Positions 1 through 14,692 are shown, counted from the stretch's first letter. The stretch: 64,000 nucleotides of DNA from Eledone cirrhosa (GCA_964016885.1 OZ024741.1:285634001-285698000), one strand, 5' to 3'. The notes: a model not told the origin generated them from the letters alone. Program-made: numbers and translations.

Positions 1-920
1 TATATATATATATATGTCATTGTATGCATTAATATATCAATGTACGTAAGAAAATGTCTGTTTACACTAACGGAAGTAACTCTAAGTGATTCGTAGTCGC
101 AGTGTTGGCAGCAGTATGACTCAACCCTATCATTACTACCAACGATATTTTTCCAAGCTGATGAAAGTATTCAAATATACGATTGAAAGGTGGGGCATGG
201 GAAAGGAGTTCCAGGTAGACCAATTTTCTTTCCCTCTTCTCTTTTTCTCTCATGAAAAATCATGATTCATAATTCTAACATAAATAAACGTATGAGAATT
301 TTCATGAAAGTTCGTTATTAAAAAGAAAAGAAGAAAAATACGAATTTTCATGAAGGTGTTAGCAAACCTTTTTTTCATGAAAAGAAACACCTCGAAATTT
401 ATTTAAGTTATCAGACTTTTCCAAAACGTTTTCTTTTGTTCCAATATACATCTAAAATTTTCAGGAATGCATTTTCCGTTCCAAAAGAGTTTAAAGTCCA
501 CTTAAAAATATAAAAGCACAATACTTTAAACACAAAGTATCAGTTGAAGTTTAGCTACATTGCGTTAGCTTTCATGAAGTCGTTTTACATCAGTCATAGA
601 GAGTTAAGCAAAGTGAGGTGATATTAACTACAAAACAAATCCAATTTATCAGAAAAAGACACATAGCTATTTAGTGAGGTGATAATAATAAGCACAATAA
701 CATATTGCGCTCCAACGATCTTAGCCTTCCATCTACAATGATATCTTAAATGAAATAAGTTTCGAAACCAGTAATATTTCACAAAATTTAAATCAATCTA
801 CTATAACGATTATAAAACATATTCATTCTGTAGGATTAAAAAATCTTTAAATATACCCAAGTATTTTTTCACTTTGACTTCTTATAATTTCCGATTTGTG
901 TGGAATGTATGTTACTCCCT

Positions 921-1004
<84 letters not shown>

Positions 1005-1163
1005 TAAAATAACAGATTAAAGTTTAAGCAAAGAATCGCTGCCTTCACCCTTAACGGGATCTTCTGAAACTAACAAATATTTGCTCTACGGTTCTTATAT
1101 ATTTGATATATATTTTTCCTTATCGAGCGCTCTTTGGATTTTAGTCTTCAAATTTATTATTAT

Positions 1164-1222
<59 letters not shown>

Positions 1223-2620
1223 AATAGAACACCTCCACTAGAATGTGATAACCCACTTATGGTAGAGAAACGTATGAATCCGGAGAATGTGGAATCAAAC
1301 TTAGATTAAAAGCTAACGGAACTCTCGACTATTTTAATGCGCTGTGTATGTTGCTGTGATCAATCATTAACTGTTTTGGTGACTCCGTTTAAATGTTTTA
1401 CTTATAGCTAAATTCCATTGTTAATAAGAAAATATGACCGGCTGACCATACCCTTCGGATAGAAGCTTTGTCATATACATACCCAGGGATCTCTCACTCA
1501 ACAAATCTTCTATATACACAGTACTTTGGAACTAATATCGAGTTATTGCCCAGGTAGTACCTTCTATGATTGTGACACAAGAATTATTATCAAAAGCACT
1601 ACTCTTTACAGTAATCGAAATAAATTTAATAGTGAAGTTGGGTGTATAAGAAACAATATTTATTTGACGATGTTCAAAGGTACATTACTCAATTTCTTTA
1701 CGTGTCTATTGAATGATGCATATACATTTACATTAGCTATGTATGTGTGTACTTATGTATAGATGTATGTGTCGAGGAAAACAGGAGGGAGGGAGGGGGA
1801 TAGGGACAGATTGAGTTAGAATGAGATTAATGCGAATTAATAGTCTGGAAAGAAATAGTTTAAATTTAGAAAAGAAACATCAGAGGAAGTTTCTATAGGA
1901 ATATATTAATCACATAATGTGTGCAGAATAACGTAATTATATAATAATATATTGGTTTCTTATAGTAATTATATATAATAATATATTGTTAATAAATTAT
2001 ATTCAGTGAATTCCCATTATTAAATCAGGAAAATATACATGAATATAATACATAAATCGTTACTGCTAATACCATCATTTAGTAATTCACAAACACCTGT
2101 CTGATACTGTTATGCTTACGGTGCAATATTTCAGTTGACCTTATTCGCCCTTCAAATTACAATTAATTTATATAAGCTAATTGGTTCATTGAAAAGGCAT
2201 AGAGGATTTTTCCTTTCCAAAGTTTTCTTAGAACAAGTAAATCTGAAGGGGAATATTTGCGAGTGATACCTATCATGAGCTAGGTGTTAAATTTGATGGA
2301 GGACCCATTAACAAAAACATAATTTAAACCGTCGCTTTATTTCACTTAAAATGATTGGGTCATTTTACGATATTTTTCACTGTTGTAAGCCTGGTTTGAC
2401 AGTAACTTCTTTCTTCCTAAAAATACTCGGGGATTATGAGCACGGACCTTCGTCTGACTGAAGAACAGAATATAAAAGATTGAAGTTATATACTTTATTG
2501 AAATAGGTCACCTTTTAACATTTAGATGAATTTAATCGTCCGAGAGTTAAGAATTCCGACAGTGGTCATAGTGCACTACCTATGCGTAAGGCTGAAAAAA
2601 ATTTAGAATACTTCAGTCTG

Positions 2621-2672
<52 letters not shown>

Positions 2673-2684
2673 TATGTATGTATG

Positions 2685-2722
<38 letters not shown>

Positions 2723-2782
2723 GTTTGTTTACCCTCGCGTCCCCTTTATTTACGTGTCCCAACGACTTTTTTTAGCCGTTGC

Positions 2783-2853
2783 TCGCACCAACCGGAGGTA
2801 TATGGTCTTTAAAGCGATGAAATGCCTATGATGGTTGGAAGATCACTGATGAA
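2783..2853 (+). ncRNA. Candidate hammerhead with reversed strand order
   Basis: aggta-TA-tggtctt...GAAA-tgcct...aagatca-CTGATGA; see findings. Confidence 0.55.
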
Positions 2854-2909
2854 GGACAAACTTTTTTCATATGTAACCCATTTGCAACTCCGCAGCGCCC
2901 TTATTATCA

Positions 2910-2993
<84 letters not shown>

Positions 2994-3346
2994 TAATATT
3001 GAGAAGTCACACACGATCGATATATATAAAAAATAGTGAAAAAGAAAAAAACAGTAGAAATGATAAAGGGATTTTCTCTCAGAATAAGATCAAAACATTT
3101 ATTTACAAAATAGGAATTTCCGGATTTATTTGTGCCGATTTCACCTCATAGGCTTCTTCACACGACGGAAGTGTATGATGCAATTAAATTGCATATTAAT
3201 AATACTAAGAAGAATATGGGAAAAGATTGTTTTTAGATACATATATAAAGAGAAAAATTCACACTTTTGTCCGTAGTTTTCTTTCTTTCTCTCTTAGTGT
3301 TGGCTTTAGCTGTGTCACCATTAATAATGGAAGTAGCAGGGAAGAA

Positions 3347-3437
<91 letters not shown>

Positions 3438-3570
3438 GTAGAACACTGGAAGGTAATATCCGTAGTGGTAGAGCACTAGGTCCATGGGACGAGTTAGGTA
3501 GAGTTGGTTACCCAATAGTTAGTTCGCCATACTGAGAACAATTGTTTCACCTTAGCGGATCCTTAGTGTG

Positions 3571-3807
3571 TGGCGTGTGGCTGAGTGGTTAGAGAAGCGT
3601 GTGGGCTGAGTGGCTAGAGAATTGGATTCGCAATTGTGAGGTTGCGCGTTCGATTCCTGGACTAGGCGATGCGTTATGTCCTTGAGCAAGACACTTCATT
3701 TCACGTTGCTCCTTCTACCTGGAGTTGCGACCGATAGCTAGTATTGGCAATTGGAAAGATCAACGGAAACATTTTTTCCACGGTCCGATTTGACGAAAGT
3801 CGATCGA
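3571..3807 (+). mobile_element. SINE family B with a duplicated head
   Basis: Similar to 38680-38892; the first ~27 nt are repeated. Confidence 0.82.
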
Positions 3808-3828
3808 AAAAAAAAAAATATATATATA

Positions 3829-4990
3829 TAGTGAAAGAATAAAGAATAACATGGTCGGCTGTACAACAAGGGATTTATTTCAAGTATTCACATTGTTTCA
3901 GGTGAGTCTAAAGGCCGCTAATCACTCGAAGTTGCGTCACTCGACCTTAAGTATAGTGTTTACCTCTGATCAAATCCTCAGAATACTAGAGAACTCACAT
4001 ATGGCAATGGTATATATAGATACAGTGTAGAATCAAAACAATAACATAAATAATAAAATATAATCATAAAGAGGTAAAGAAGTTACAGATGTAAAAAGTA
4101 AAAAATAAGTTAAAAAAATATATAAGTACAGAATACGATAGTTGGTGGTGGTGAGTAAGTGTATGTATAAAGATGTGAGGGTGGACGTAATACTAACATG
4201 AAAAGCAACTTTAGAATATACATACATACGTGGTGGTCAAAGTGTTAGAAATAGATAATAAGAGGCAGTAACAAATGACAGATAAAAGATAAAAAAACAA
4301 TAGATTAAAAATAAAGTGAGAGATACGAAGATAAGACATAAGGGATAGGGCTAACGACGGGGAAGGAGAGTTTTGAATGTGTATGTGGTAAATGTTTAGC
4401 AAGCTGATTATCTTATCTTAATGGGGTTGATGTAGCTTCAGGGAGAGAGAGTAAAAGAAAGGTTAGGAGATTTATGATCAGTTGACAGCTAATAACAGTG
4501 TGGTGGTATGTATTCCGTACATTAAAATCCGGGTGGTTCAGCTCAAATTTTGAGATTGCTGGGTCGAATCATGTTGGTTTGAAATTTGTGAACTTGGTAA
4601 CTGCTTTGTGCCTACAGAAAATTTATCTTTCTATTTTGCTGTTAAGCAGCATCTTATCGTAATTTAAAATATGGAATAGCTCCATATTGCAAAGTCCGCA
4701 GTGGGACATTCCATTGTAGTAGGCCCTTGCTCCCGATAATTTCGACCAGCTAATCCTATATTCCTGGTTTGTGTTCTTGAAATAAAGCCCCTTGTTGTAC
4801 AGCTAACCATGTGTATTCTTCAATCTTTCACTATTATTACTCCAAGTATAACCTGCATAGGAATTCTCGCGAACACGCTACCTAACTATAAAAACCTCTT
4901 GTTGAGTCAAACAAAGCCGTACGTTAAAACTACCCACAATACAGAGTACCCACAACCTCTAACTGGATTACCTATAACGATAACTTGTTA
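3829..4990 (-). mobile_element. Old PLE 3' fragment with short inverted pLTR ends
   Basis: Minus-strand RAYYNGMSHCGLCNMELFHILNYDKMLLNSKIE (~4630-4730); ~3829-3890 is an inverted match to ~4770-4833. Confidence 0.65.
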
Positions 4991-4994
4991 TTCC

Positions 4995-5057
<63 letters not shown>

Positions 5058-5088
5058 CCTGTAAGTAAATAAATATATACACCCACAC

Positions 5089-5203
<115 letters not shown>

Positions 5204-5649
5204 TGTGTATGGACAGGGTCATTTATGATCTCTAGAAATATCCTGTATCCATAGTAGACAGTTGGTTTCCCATGAACGGCTTCACTATCGAATGCATGTT
5301 TGTATGAGGGAGATCATAATTCTGTGGGCTACTGATTTCTAAGACCGAAAATTTATTTCATGGTAGATAAAATAAAATGCGCTAGGTCAATCAGAAATCG
5401 ATCCAGTGAAGTTGCCATAACTATTTGATAGCTTATCGATACATTACGGCGGCGCTCATATTTACAATACAATATATTGCATGCATGCATGATCCTGTAA
5501 CTCATGATGGAATCGTAGGGGCACCGTATTGATATACGCCGTTTCAAGGGTAGTTTTAAACCTAGTAGAGCCCATTCCGCTCCATGTCAGAATACATAAA
5601 ATTACATCCAGAAAGGGATAGAGAGTGAGGGAATGGAAGTGAGAAATAG

Positions 5650-5800
5650 ATATGGGGGAAGAATCGACCCCAGTATTGGACAGGTTCTATTTTTATCGAC
5701 CTCGAATGGATGTAAAGCAAAGTTAACCTGGGTGGAATTTGAAATCAGAGAATAGAAAGCTCGAAAGTATGCTGCAAATCATTCTATCCAACGTTCTAAC
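5650..5800 (-). mobile_element. Diverged SINE family A
   Basis: tcgaccccagta..tttttatcgacctcgaatggatg..ggaatttgaa. Confidence 0.65.
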
Positions 5801-6487
5801 GTTCTATTACTCTATGAAATACAACACAGCAAGCTGATAATTGCCATGTTAAAACAAAGAATTCGAAGCAGATTCAAACTTGATAATATGAAAACGCCTC
5901 AAGTCAGCTGCTGATGCCATACCATTTACACATGCCTCAACACTATCAATAAGCGAAACATAACAATGGAATAATGGCTATACTTCTGTAATAGAGCTTT
6001 CTAATTTGAAAGCAGCTCCGGGTTAACATATATGTTTTCACTAATATTTAGCATCGGAAACTGGGAGATAGAGTAAGGTTATAAATCTATATAATTTCAT
6101 AAATAACAGCTAGAGCATCTGCTTGTTACTGATATTGAATTCAGTATATATGAGGTGGAGGGAGAGGGAAGAGTTGTATGAAGAGAATGAGGGAGGAAGT
6201 TGAAGTATCAATATTTACTTTGAGTTATATCAACTGGCAGAAACTCATATTTGTTTCACTGACAGTAATCGTGAGATTGTATTTCCATGTCACTCTATCA
6301 AATGTATACTATTATACAGAATGTATATGTGGGTGTGCGTACACACAGAGACACACACACACGTATATATATATATATATATATGCATGTGTGTGTGTGC
6401 GTTTGTATGTGTGCGTCAATATATAAATATATATGTGTATAAGTATGTGTGTGTATATATATATATGTATAAGTATGTGCGTATGCG

Positions 6488-6557
<70 letters not shown>

Positions 6558-7056
6558 CGCACACACACACACACATATATATACATATTTATATATATAT
6601 ACATATACATATGTATATTTATATATATGCCTATATATATATGTGTGTATATGCGTGTGTATATATATATACGTGTGTGACCATATGTATCTCTACTCCT
6701 GTGTATGCGGTGTTATGTGTGATGGCTGTATTAAATTACGAAAGGGATAGTTTTATGTCATATTTTCAAAAAATATAAATAACAGCCTCGTTAATTACAT
6801 TTATAACAAACTATCTCAGATAAAATAAAATATAATAAAGACCCAACCAAACAAGAGTAGGATATATTTCTGTTGTTTAAAGAAAAATAAATGTAATTAC
6901 CCTTAGATAATCTTATTGGTTTCTTCCCCGCTTTTATTATTTATTTTGATAATGCTAATAGAATAAACTAATTATATAAACAGTAATGGTGAATATTATT
7001 AAAATAACATGAAGAAGAAAGAGCCGATGATATATTGACATAGTTAGATGATAACG

Positions 7057-7405
7057 ATAGTAGTGGTCATAGCAGTGGTGGTGGTGGTGGTGGTGTTAGT
7101 TTGTGGTGATGGTAGTCGTGCTGCTGGTGGTGGTGGTGGTGGGGAGTGTTAGTGGTGGTGATGGTGGTGTTGGTGGTGGTGTTGGTGGTGGTGGTGGGGG
7201 GGGGGGGGTGTTAGTGGTGGTGATGGTGATAATGATGATTGTAATGATGGTGATGATGATGATTGCGATGATGATGATGATGATGATGATGAGGAATGCG
7301 ATGATGACGAGAATGATGTTGATTGGAACGATGATGAAGAGGTTGGTGGTAAGGATGATGGTGATTTCAATGATAATGATGATGACTATAATGTTGATAA
7401 TGATT

Positions 7406-7437
<32 letters not shown>

Positions 7438-7455
7438 AATGATGATGATGGTAAT

Positions 7456-7486
<31 letters not shown>

Positions 7487-7660
7487 AAGAAGAAGAAGAA
7501 GAAGAAGAAGAAGAATATGATGATGATGATGATGATGATGATGGTGGTGAAGAAGAAGTCGACGAAGAATAATAATAAGAAGAACAACATTAACAAAAAC
7601 ACCAATAACAATAACAACAATAACGACAACAAGAAAAACAACAACAACAAAGAATAAGAA
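7057..7660. repeat. Compound trinucleotide microsatellite (GGT/GAT/GAA/AAC)
   Basis: Read directly from the sequence. Confidence 0.95.
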
Positions 7661-7845
7661 CAAGGAAATGTCTTTTCTATGAGGATATAGAAAGTATCCA
7701 AACCGACATCTTGGGCCAGTTAGTGATAAATCTATTGGTAAATTATATCTTAATTGAACAAAGAAAATATATAATTGTTATTTGACTATCTGTTATTGAG
7801 TTGGTGGTGATGATGATGGTGATGATGATGGTGATGATGATGATT

Positions 7846-8290
7846 ATAATGAGTTCTGCTATAGGTACAATACCAGCAATTTGGGGGCAGGGGAAAATCG
7901 ATTAAATCGACCCCAGTGCATGAGTGGTACTTTATTTTATCGACCCCCCCCCCATAAGGATAAAAGTCAAAGCTAACCCCAACCTGATTTGAACACAGAA
8001 CGTAAAGTGCCGTAACTCTATGCTGCAAAGCATGTTGTCCGACGCTCTACTGGTCAACATGCTTTGCAGCATAGAGTTACGGATGATGATGATGATTATG
8101 ACAATAGTGATTATAATGGTTTCTTATATAGGCACAATGTCAGTAATTTTCGGGGGGGGGGAGTCGATTAAATCTACCTCAGTACGTGACTGGTACTTTA
8201 TTTTATCGACCCCGTAAGGATGAAAGGCAAAGTTAACCTCGACGGGATTTGAACTCAGATCGTAAACGGCCGTAAATCGATGCTGCAAGA
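7846..8290 (-). mobile_element. Two SINE family A variants (~7846-8052, ~8113-8290)
   Basis: ggtactttattttatcgacccc..aagga and gatttgaac motifs occur twice. Confidence 0.8.
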
Positions 8291-8559
8291 CGATAGTGAT
8301 AATAATGAGGAAGAAAGAGGTAATGGTCGTAATCGTGGTGATCGTGGTGGTTGTGATAGTGGTTGGGATGATGATGATGATAATGTTGATGATCGTGATG
8401 ATGATGATGATGATGATGATAATGATGATGATGGTGATAATGATGATGATGATGATGGAATATATGTAATGTTTATCAGTGAAAATTTAATTTGGTTGTT
8501 GTTGAACATCCGTCGTTTCAAATGACGGTTACTTGAGTTTATTCAATCCATCTGCTCTT

Positions 8560-8711
8560 CAAATTATAGTGTAAGTGGCTGAGCAATATACTGACATGTG
8601 TACTCATAACGTATTTTTAGGGAGGTTCAGCGTGGCAAAATGTTATTGCCAGCTAAGTGAACAGGAGCAACATGAAATAAAGTATATTGCTCAAGGTCAC
8701 AACGCGCCACC
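8560..8711 (-). mobile_element. Diverged CORE-type SINE fragment
   Basis: Minus-strand gcgttgtgaccttgagcaatatactttatttcatgttgctcc. Confidence 0.55.
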
Positions 8712-9600
8712 TATTTCCTCGATCACTACACCGTATCTAAATATACTATTTAATTGATTGAGTATTACGCTTTGATTACCAAAAGACAAATTACATATTG
8801 ATATTACCATGTTATTTAATACAATATATTGTATAATACTAACACTGAAATAGTTTCTTCATGAAATACGGAAATTATTGTCTTCGACTAACTATAAGTA
8901 TTTAAGGAGTAAGTTGAGATTATAGTATATACATACACACATACACAAACACACACATATATATTTATATGATGAGTTTATATCTGCATAAATGTAGTGT
9001 GTAAATGAGATTGCAGCAATGTCTTTAAATTAATGCACATATCTACTATGGAGGCATGTAAACATGCCAGAAAATACTATTGTCCTGTAAAATGAAGAAA
9101 TGAAAAACACATTAATCGAGTTTTTGACCTATTTGGACCCTCATCAGAAAACGTGTCTATCATCCAATGAACTATAAGAACCCATGTATTTCATGGGATA
9201 GATTTAGATCCGAAAATCTCATAAAGATGTGCACCACATTTTCAATTTTCACGGTAGTTCATAACTTCTGCAATGTTTACAATCCTATATATTATACATA
9301 GTGCATTCTCGGTTACACATTCTGTATTTATACAGATATAACTTTATCATACACGTCAGATGATAGCGCACGTCTTACTGTATATATATCACCAGTGTGA
9401 AGAGATGCTCGGTACTGGAGTTAGATCCATATCTGTTATGGGTGACCTTGAAGCAATCCTCTGCGAAAGGTACGTAACAGGTCGATACACAATAAAAGCT
9501 TAAATACATGTAAACAAAACTTCATCGTGTTTCTTAATATATATACCCTGCCTGCGTATCGAGTACACATATTAGTACCACCACCACCAGCAATTCACTG

Positions 9601-9669
<69 letters not shown>

Positions 9670-10943
9670 TTATTTGTTATGACAAAAAGGAATGAGTACA
9701 CAATACATATACAATTTGTATATATTAGGAGGCAGTTAATAGTTCACTCCGCTGCTACTCAGAGATTACCCCACGTGAGTTTCACCAGTGAATTGTGAGA
9801 GGATTGGATTACGTTGTCGAAACACCGGTTTAATTAATTTTTATCAGTTAAGAGTCATTAGTTGGTATATTCGGTCACACATAAGGGAATTCATCTGCTA
9901 CTGCCTGTTATGTTGCAATTACGTACGAAAGAGTATTGCGGCTTGACCTGTGAATATCCGGGAAGAGAGCCTATTATTCTTGTATGGTCTTAACACATTA
10001 TGCTCATTCAGCGATTTCTTCAGGCTGAACATTCGCCCACTGAAGTTATATTCGGGAGAAACAGAGATACAATATACCAAAAGTTATTTTCACCAATATT
10101 GATAGTTGTTTAGTGTCTGAAACTCTAAGTGAAAGATAAAAAGGATGGAAGAGAGACATTGGGTAGGGGCGGTGGAAAGTGGTATCCACAAACATGAATA
10201 TTATCATAAATGCAATACTGATTCTTATATGTATGTGGGTGAGTTTTTGCTTAAATTCATGTGTATTAAGTTTTGTGTGTAAATTAATGCGTTTATTATT
10301 ATTTTTTTCTTCTATTTCTGGTAGTTAAATATATATCTCAAAATCTGAAAAACGCAAAGCCTATTTTTTTGCCGGACATTCATTTGATATCTTAATTGTT
10401 AACACTATATAACTTATAAGCGTTAGACTCAGAACTATTTCCAATTAAGAATTATCTCACCAATAAAAAGTTACACATTTATAGGAATGTTATTTGAAAT
10501 GGAAAGATGTAGTCTTCATGTTATTGTTTTTACTATGTGAAATGAGCAGCTGATTTGAAATAAATTGTCTTCCTTGACCGAGAAACAAATCTCATCCCAA
10601 CACTACATCTCTGGTAATATTTGTTCTGCTTCCGGCCACCACCACATTCTATAAGACAACTGCAACGATGGACGTTATTAGAGCTGTCATAGAAGTAAGG
10701 TTGTTACAGACGTCTACTGAAACTGGTTCACCTCAAAAAATAAATATCGATTTATTTACTTGGCGTCTAGTCACAAATTTACCAGTAACGGGAAACATAA
10801 TGTATTTACTGCGTGCCTAATTAAAGAGCGCCAGCGGCATAAGTGAAGTGACTTGTACTCTTTCTCTATCGTATCTCCTTACACACACACAAACACATAC
10901 ACCCACACACATACATACACACACACATCTATCTATATATATA

Positions 10944-10981
<38 letters not shown>

Positions 10982-12545
10982 GTATATGTATATATATATA
11001 TGTGTGTGTGTGTGTGCTTCCTTATCATTATCTTTATCTCTTTCTAACCACATATATGTCGATCTGATGTGTTACTGTTATTCACTCTGATTATTTTGTT
11101 TTCTCACATTTTTCATAATGTTGAAAGAACAACGAATAATATAGAGAATAAACTACGATACAATTTGGCATTTTCTCAGAAAGCTTGTTTCATGATCAAA
11201 GGATAGTTTATTTTCTAGACGATAATGTTGCAAATATGAGAAAGCACGCCAACATTCTTCATGTTATCTCCAAATATTCAGATGAATTTTCCGTTAATTG
11301 GATGTGCAATATATCAGGATAACTATTGACTGTTTCTGTGTTTCTCGTTATTTCAAACTATTGTTGCTAATATTACGTAGTCTTGATTATTTCTGATTGA
11401 GTAGACTTAGAGTGAAAGATAAGGCGGTTCAAATGCTTTTATGAAGAAAAAAAAACAGAAGGCGGTTGATACAATTTAACATTTGAATAGATCGCATTAA
11501 ATTGCATGGCTAGTTATTTTATCTATTATAATAAAATTCAAACTCGGAACAGAACCATACGGAATCAATTCACCAGTTTCTGATCACGTGTCTAGGTGTC
11601 TACATTTCCTCCATAGTTAACACTTCCTATCTCCCTGTCGATTATCATTATCTTCATTTACATTGAAAATAATCTGTAAATAATAGAAATAACACGAGGA
11701 GATCGTACACGATTTTCACAGACAACCAACCTTCAGATGGTTGTTTAGCGGATACCACATAGTGTTTGTCAACATAAAAAGTGCTTTAAATTTCTAAAAA
11801 TATATGTGTTCTAAGGAAGAAAAAATACACGCTTACCCTTCCTCCAACGAAACTTGTATTCTCTTACAAAATGTTATGTCTAGACCATTGCGGAGACTGG
11901 ATTACAAATTATTGGAATTGAAGTGTTTTATTCTCTAAGCTAAGTTTGTAAAATGATAATTCATTTGAAAAATGATAATACATTTGACCTCAATTTTAGT
12001 AATTCCGGGTCACAGCTGACATAAGGTATCGTTATATACAGTGTGTAGAATTTGCTTCATTGTCATGTTATGTTGTTAGTGCAAATAAACTTACATAGAT
12101 GTACTCTTATTCCCTAATATCAAATTCCTCATTTTTATTTCAGAATTATAATTTTTAAAAATCTATTCACACTATACAGTACCAGACTGCATAGCAAGCG
12201 GCTGGTGACAGAATTTATATGAAATCGTATTATTTCGCCGATGATTAGGTTTTCATTGTTTGTATCTGTAGCTGCTGACGATAAAACATGTTATCACTTG
12301 GTGCAGAGAGATGGAAGAAAATCAATTTTGCATTTCAAATGGTTAGTGAAGACTTATCAATGTAGCAGTATTTCTTATATAGTTTGTTCATCATCAATGT
12401 ATATCCAAATAAATGTTCTCAATGCCAATAGGAGATATATCTAAAATAACGAAACCGAACTTTCAAACAATAGAATAACTTTGTAAATGTATTTCGAAAC
12501 TATTTCACTTATATTTTACACTTTTTGTAATATTGGCAAAGTGGA

Positions 12546-12952
12546 GAGAGTTGGATTGGCAGAATCGTTAGAGAGCCAGACAACTAAATAGTATTTGTTC
12601 TAGCTTCTGCTATTCCGTGATTAATTTTGGCTTTCACCTTTTCGGTGTCGATAAAATAAAATAGCAGTCAAGTACTGGATCGATTTAATCGGCTCTTCCC
12701 TCCCAATCGACTTGCAAGTCTTCTGCTTAAACTAGGCATTGTTAATAAAGTATGCTCGATTGGGAGAATTACTCGAGTATTGTGGTGTTTGTCCTGACTC
12801 TTTACGTGCTGAGTTCACATACCGTCGAGGTAAAATTAAGCTTTCTTTCATCAAAGATCGATAAAATAAAGTACCAACCAAGTACTGGGGTTGATTTACC
12901 ACCTTCACTCTCATCTAAATTTACCATCTTGTGTCTAAATTAGAAATTAATA
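12546..12952 (+). mobile_element. Two diverged tandem SINE family A copies
   Basis: tggcagaatcgttag head; gctttc..tcgataaaataaa cores. Confidence 0.7.
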
Positions 12953-13905
12953 TTAGCAAATTGTTACATATATATATATGTGAGACACGTTTAGTCACAA
13001 AATGAACATCAGTACATTAATGATGCTCATTTTCGAAAGAATGTCAACCAACGTTTATGCCAATCGGTGTAAACGCTATAAAAGTCATGTCGAATTGTTT
13101 CTTTACTACGTTTTGATATCTAACTCGTATATAAAATAACAAACCCCACACATTTTCAGTATCTAGTACCGGAGTTCTTTTTAAGGGTAATAAGTACCAG
13201 TAATATACTGTATTGCTGTTACTTCGTTATACTTGTTTCATATCAAATTAGAACTTGGTTTATGATGCATTTTTAGTAATACACCTTGAAAATCATAAAT
13301 TTATTTCTCTCCAACTAAGCCTCCTCAACTTCCGTTATTTCAAGGGACGAGTAAACGAAAATTCTGACGTTTTGGCAGTACATATTTTACAATGTCAAGT
13401 CCTTAATAAAGAAAACTGCAAACAACATTATCTGTAAAGTTAACTTTGCTTTGAATCCTCAGTATATTTGATACGTTCACTCAGTTTCAGCGTGATAAAG
13501 GAAATAAGATGACATGATAAATATGGCTCTCGTAACCTCCGAACTGCTGGGCGCATTTAGGCTCCATAAATATTCAAATACTCTGTGTAGGTTTTGTAAG
13601 TTAGAAAAGGTTAAAACCGATGAAATATGGTATTTAGTATTATGTTCGTCAAGTCAACGAGGCCAATAACGTTAGATTCAATAATACACTGTGGTTATCA
13701 AAGAAAATATAACATAGCATTGTTCTTCCTAATGGAATGAATATTGAAATGCATTCGCGGGAAATAGCTGTTGGTTGTAAGGTTGTGAAATGTTGGGAGT
13801 ACTATATAATATCAACTTCTATTAAATGTAATCTCTGAGACGCGATAAATATACATGGAATACATGTTTAAAATATACAATATTAAATTCGCATGAATCT
13901 GTGAT

Positions 13906-14035
13906 TTGGCAGGGTCGTTGGTATATCGGATAAAATATTTTGCGGTAATCATTCCTACTTCCTATTTTCTGGGTTCAAATCACGCCGAAGTCAACTTTGC
14001 CTTTCATCCTTTCAAGATCGATAAAAAATGTACGT
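13906..14035 (+). mobile_element. Diverged SINE family A
   Basis: ttggcag..gggttcaaatc..tgcctttcatcctttcaagatcgataaaa. Confidence 0.7.
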
Positions 14036-14284
14036 AGGTCAATTTTACCCCTTCTCCATCTCTTTCAAACCCTGAACACTATAGCCACCTTAACACTGGA
14101 ATACAACAGAACACGAGGCGGACCTCGTAACAGCATCGAGAGCTTCGAAGGGTGCACCGCTTGCAGCTGTATTTACACATTTAATTAACATATATCTATA
14201 TATAATAAAGAGAGGAGTGCGGCACTGTCTCATGTTTATATTTTTTTTATCCCGTTAGTAAAATAAGTTGGATTATTTTGAATA

Positions 14285-14692
14285 AATAATTGTTTCTACT
14301 TTAGGCACAAGGCCAGCAATTACCCAGTGCATTACTGGTACTTTATTTTATCGACCCCGTAAGGATGAAAGGCAAAGTCAACCTCGGAGGGATTTGAACT
14401 CAGATCGTAAAGGGACGTAACTATGCTGGAAAGCATGGCGTCCGACCCTCTACCGATACTGCCAATCCACCGCATTTTGAATAAATAATTGTTTCTACTT
14501 TTGGCACAAGGCCAGCAATTACCCAGTACATTACTGGTACTTTATTTTATCGCCCCCCTAAGGATGAAAGGCAAAGTTAACCTCGGCGGGATTTGAACTC
14601 AGATCGTAAAGGGACGTAACTCTTTGCGTCAAAGCATGGCGTCCGACCCTCTACCGATACTGCCAATCCACCGCCCTTTGCCAATCCACCGC
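14285..14692 (-). mobile_element. Two tandem tRNA-derived SINEs (family A, Meta-domain-like core)
   Basis: Box A tggcagtatcgg, box B gagttcaaatcc, core gcctttcatccttacggggtcgataaaataaagtaccag, (att)n-like tail. Confidence 0.88.

Noticed and set aside
240-580. Repeated (t)tcatgaa(a) palindromic motifs
   Set aside because: Short, irregularly spaced and plausible by chance in very AT-rich DNA.
3130-3566. HHR-like fragments (GTGAAGA..GAAAtcgg; CTAAGGA..GAAAcaattgTT) on the minus strand
   Set aside because: Core mismatches and no convincing stem I.
3883-3986. Minus-strand gtatt-CTGAGGA...GAAAcaatGTG-aatac
   Set aside because: Position fits a pLTR HHR, but the GUG triplet is non-cleavable and the base of stem II is unpaired, so it is not called.
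7096-7701. ORFs with poly-M/K/N/H/I tracts
   Set aside because: Translations of a compound trinucleotide repeat; open on both strands with no domain or splice evidence.
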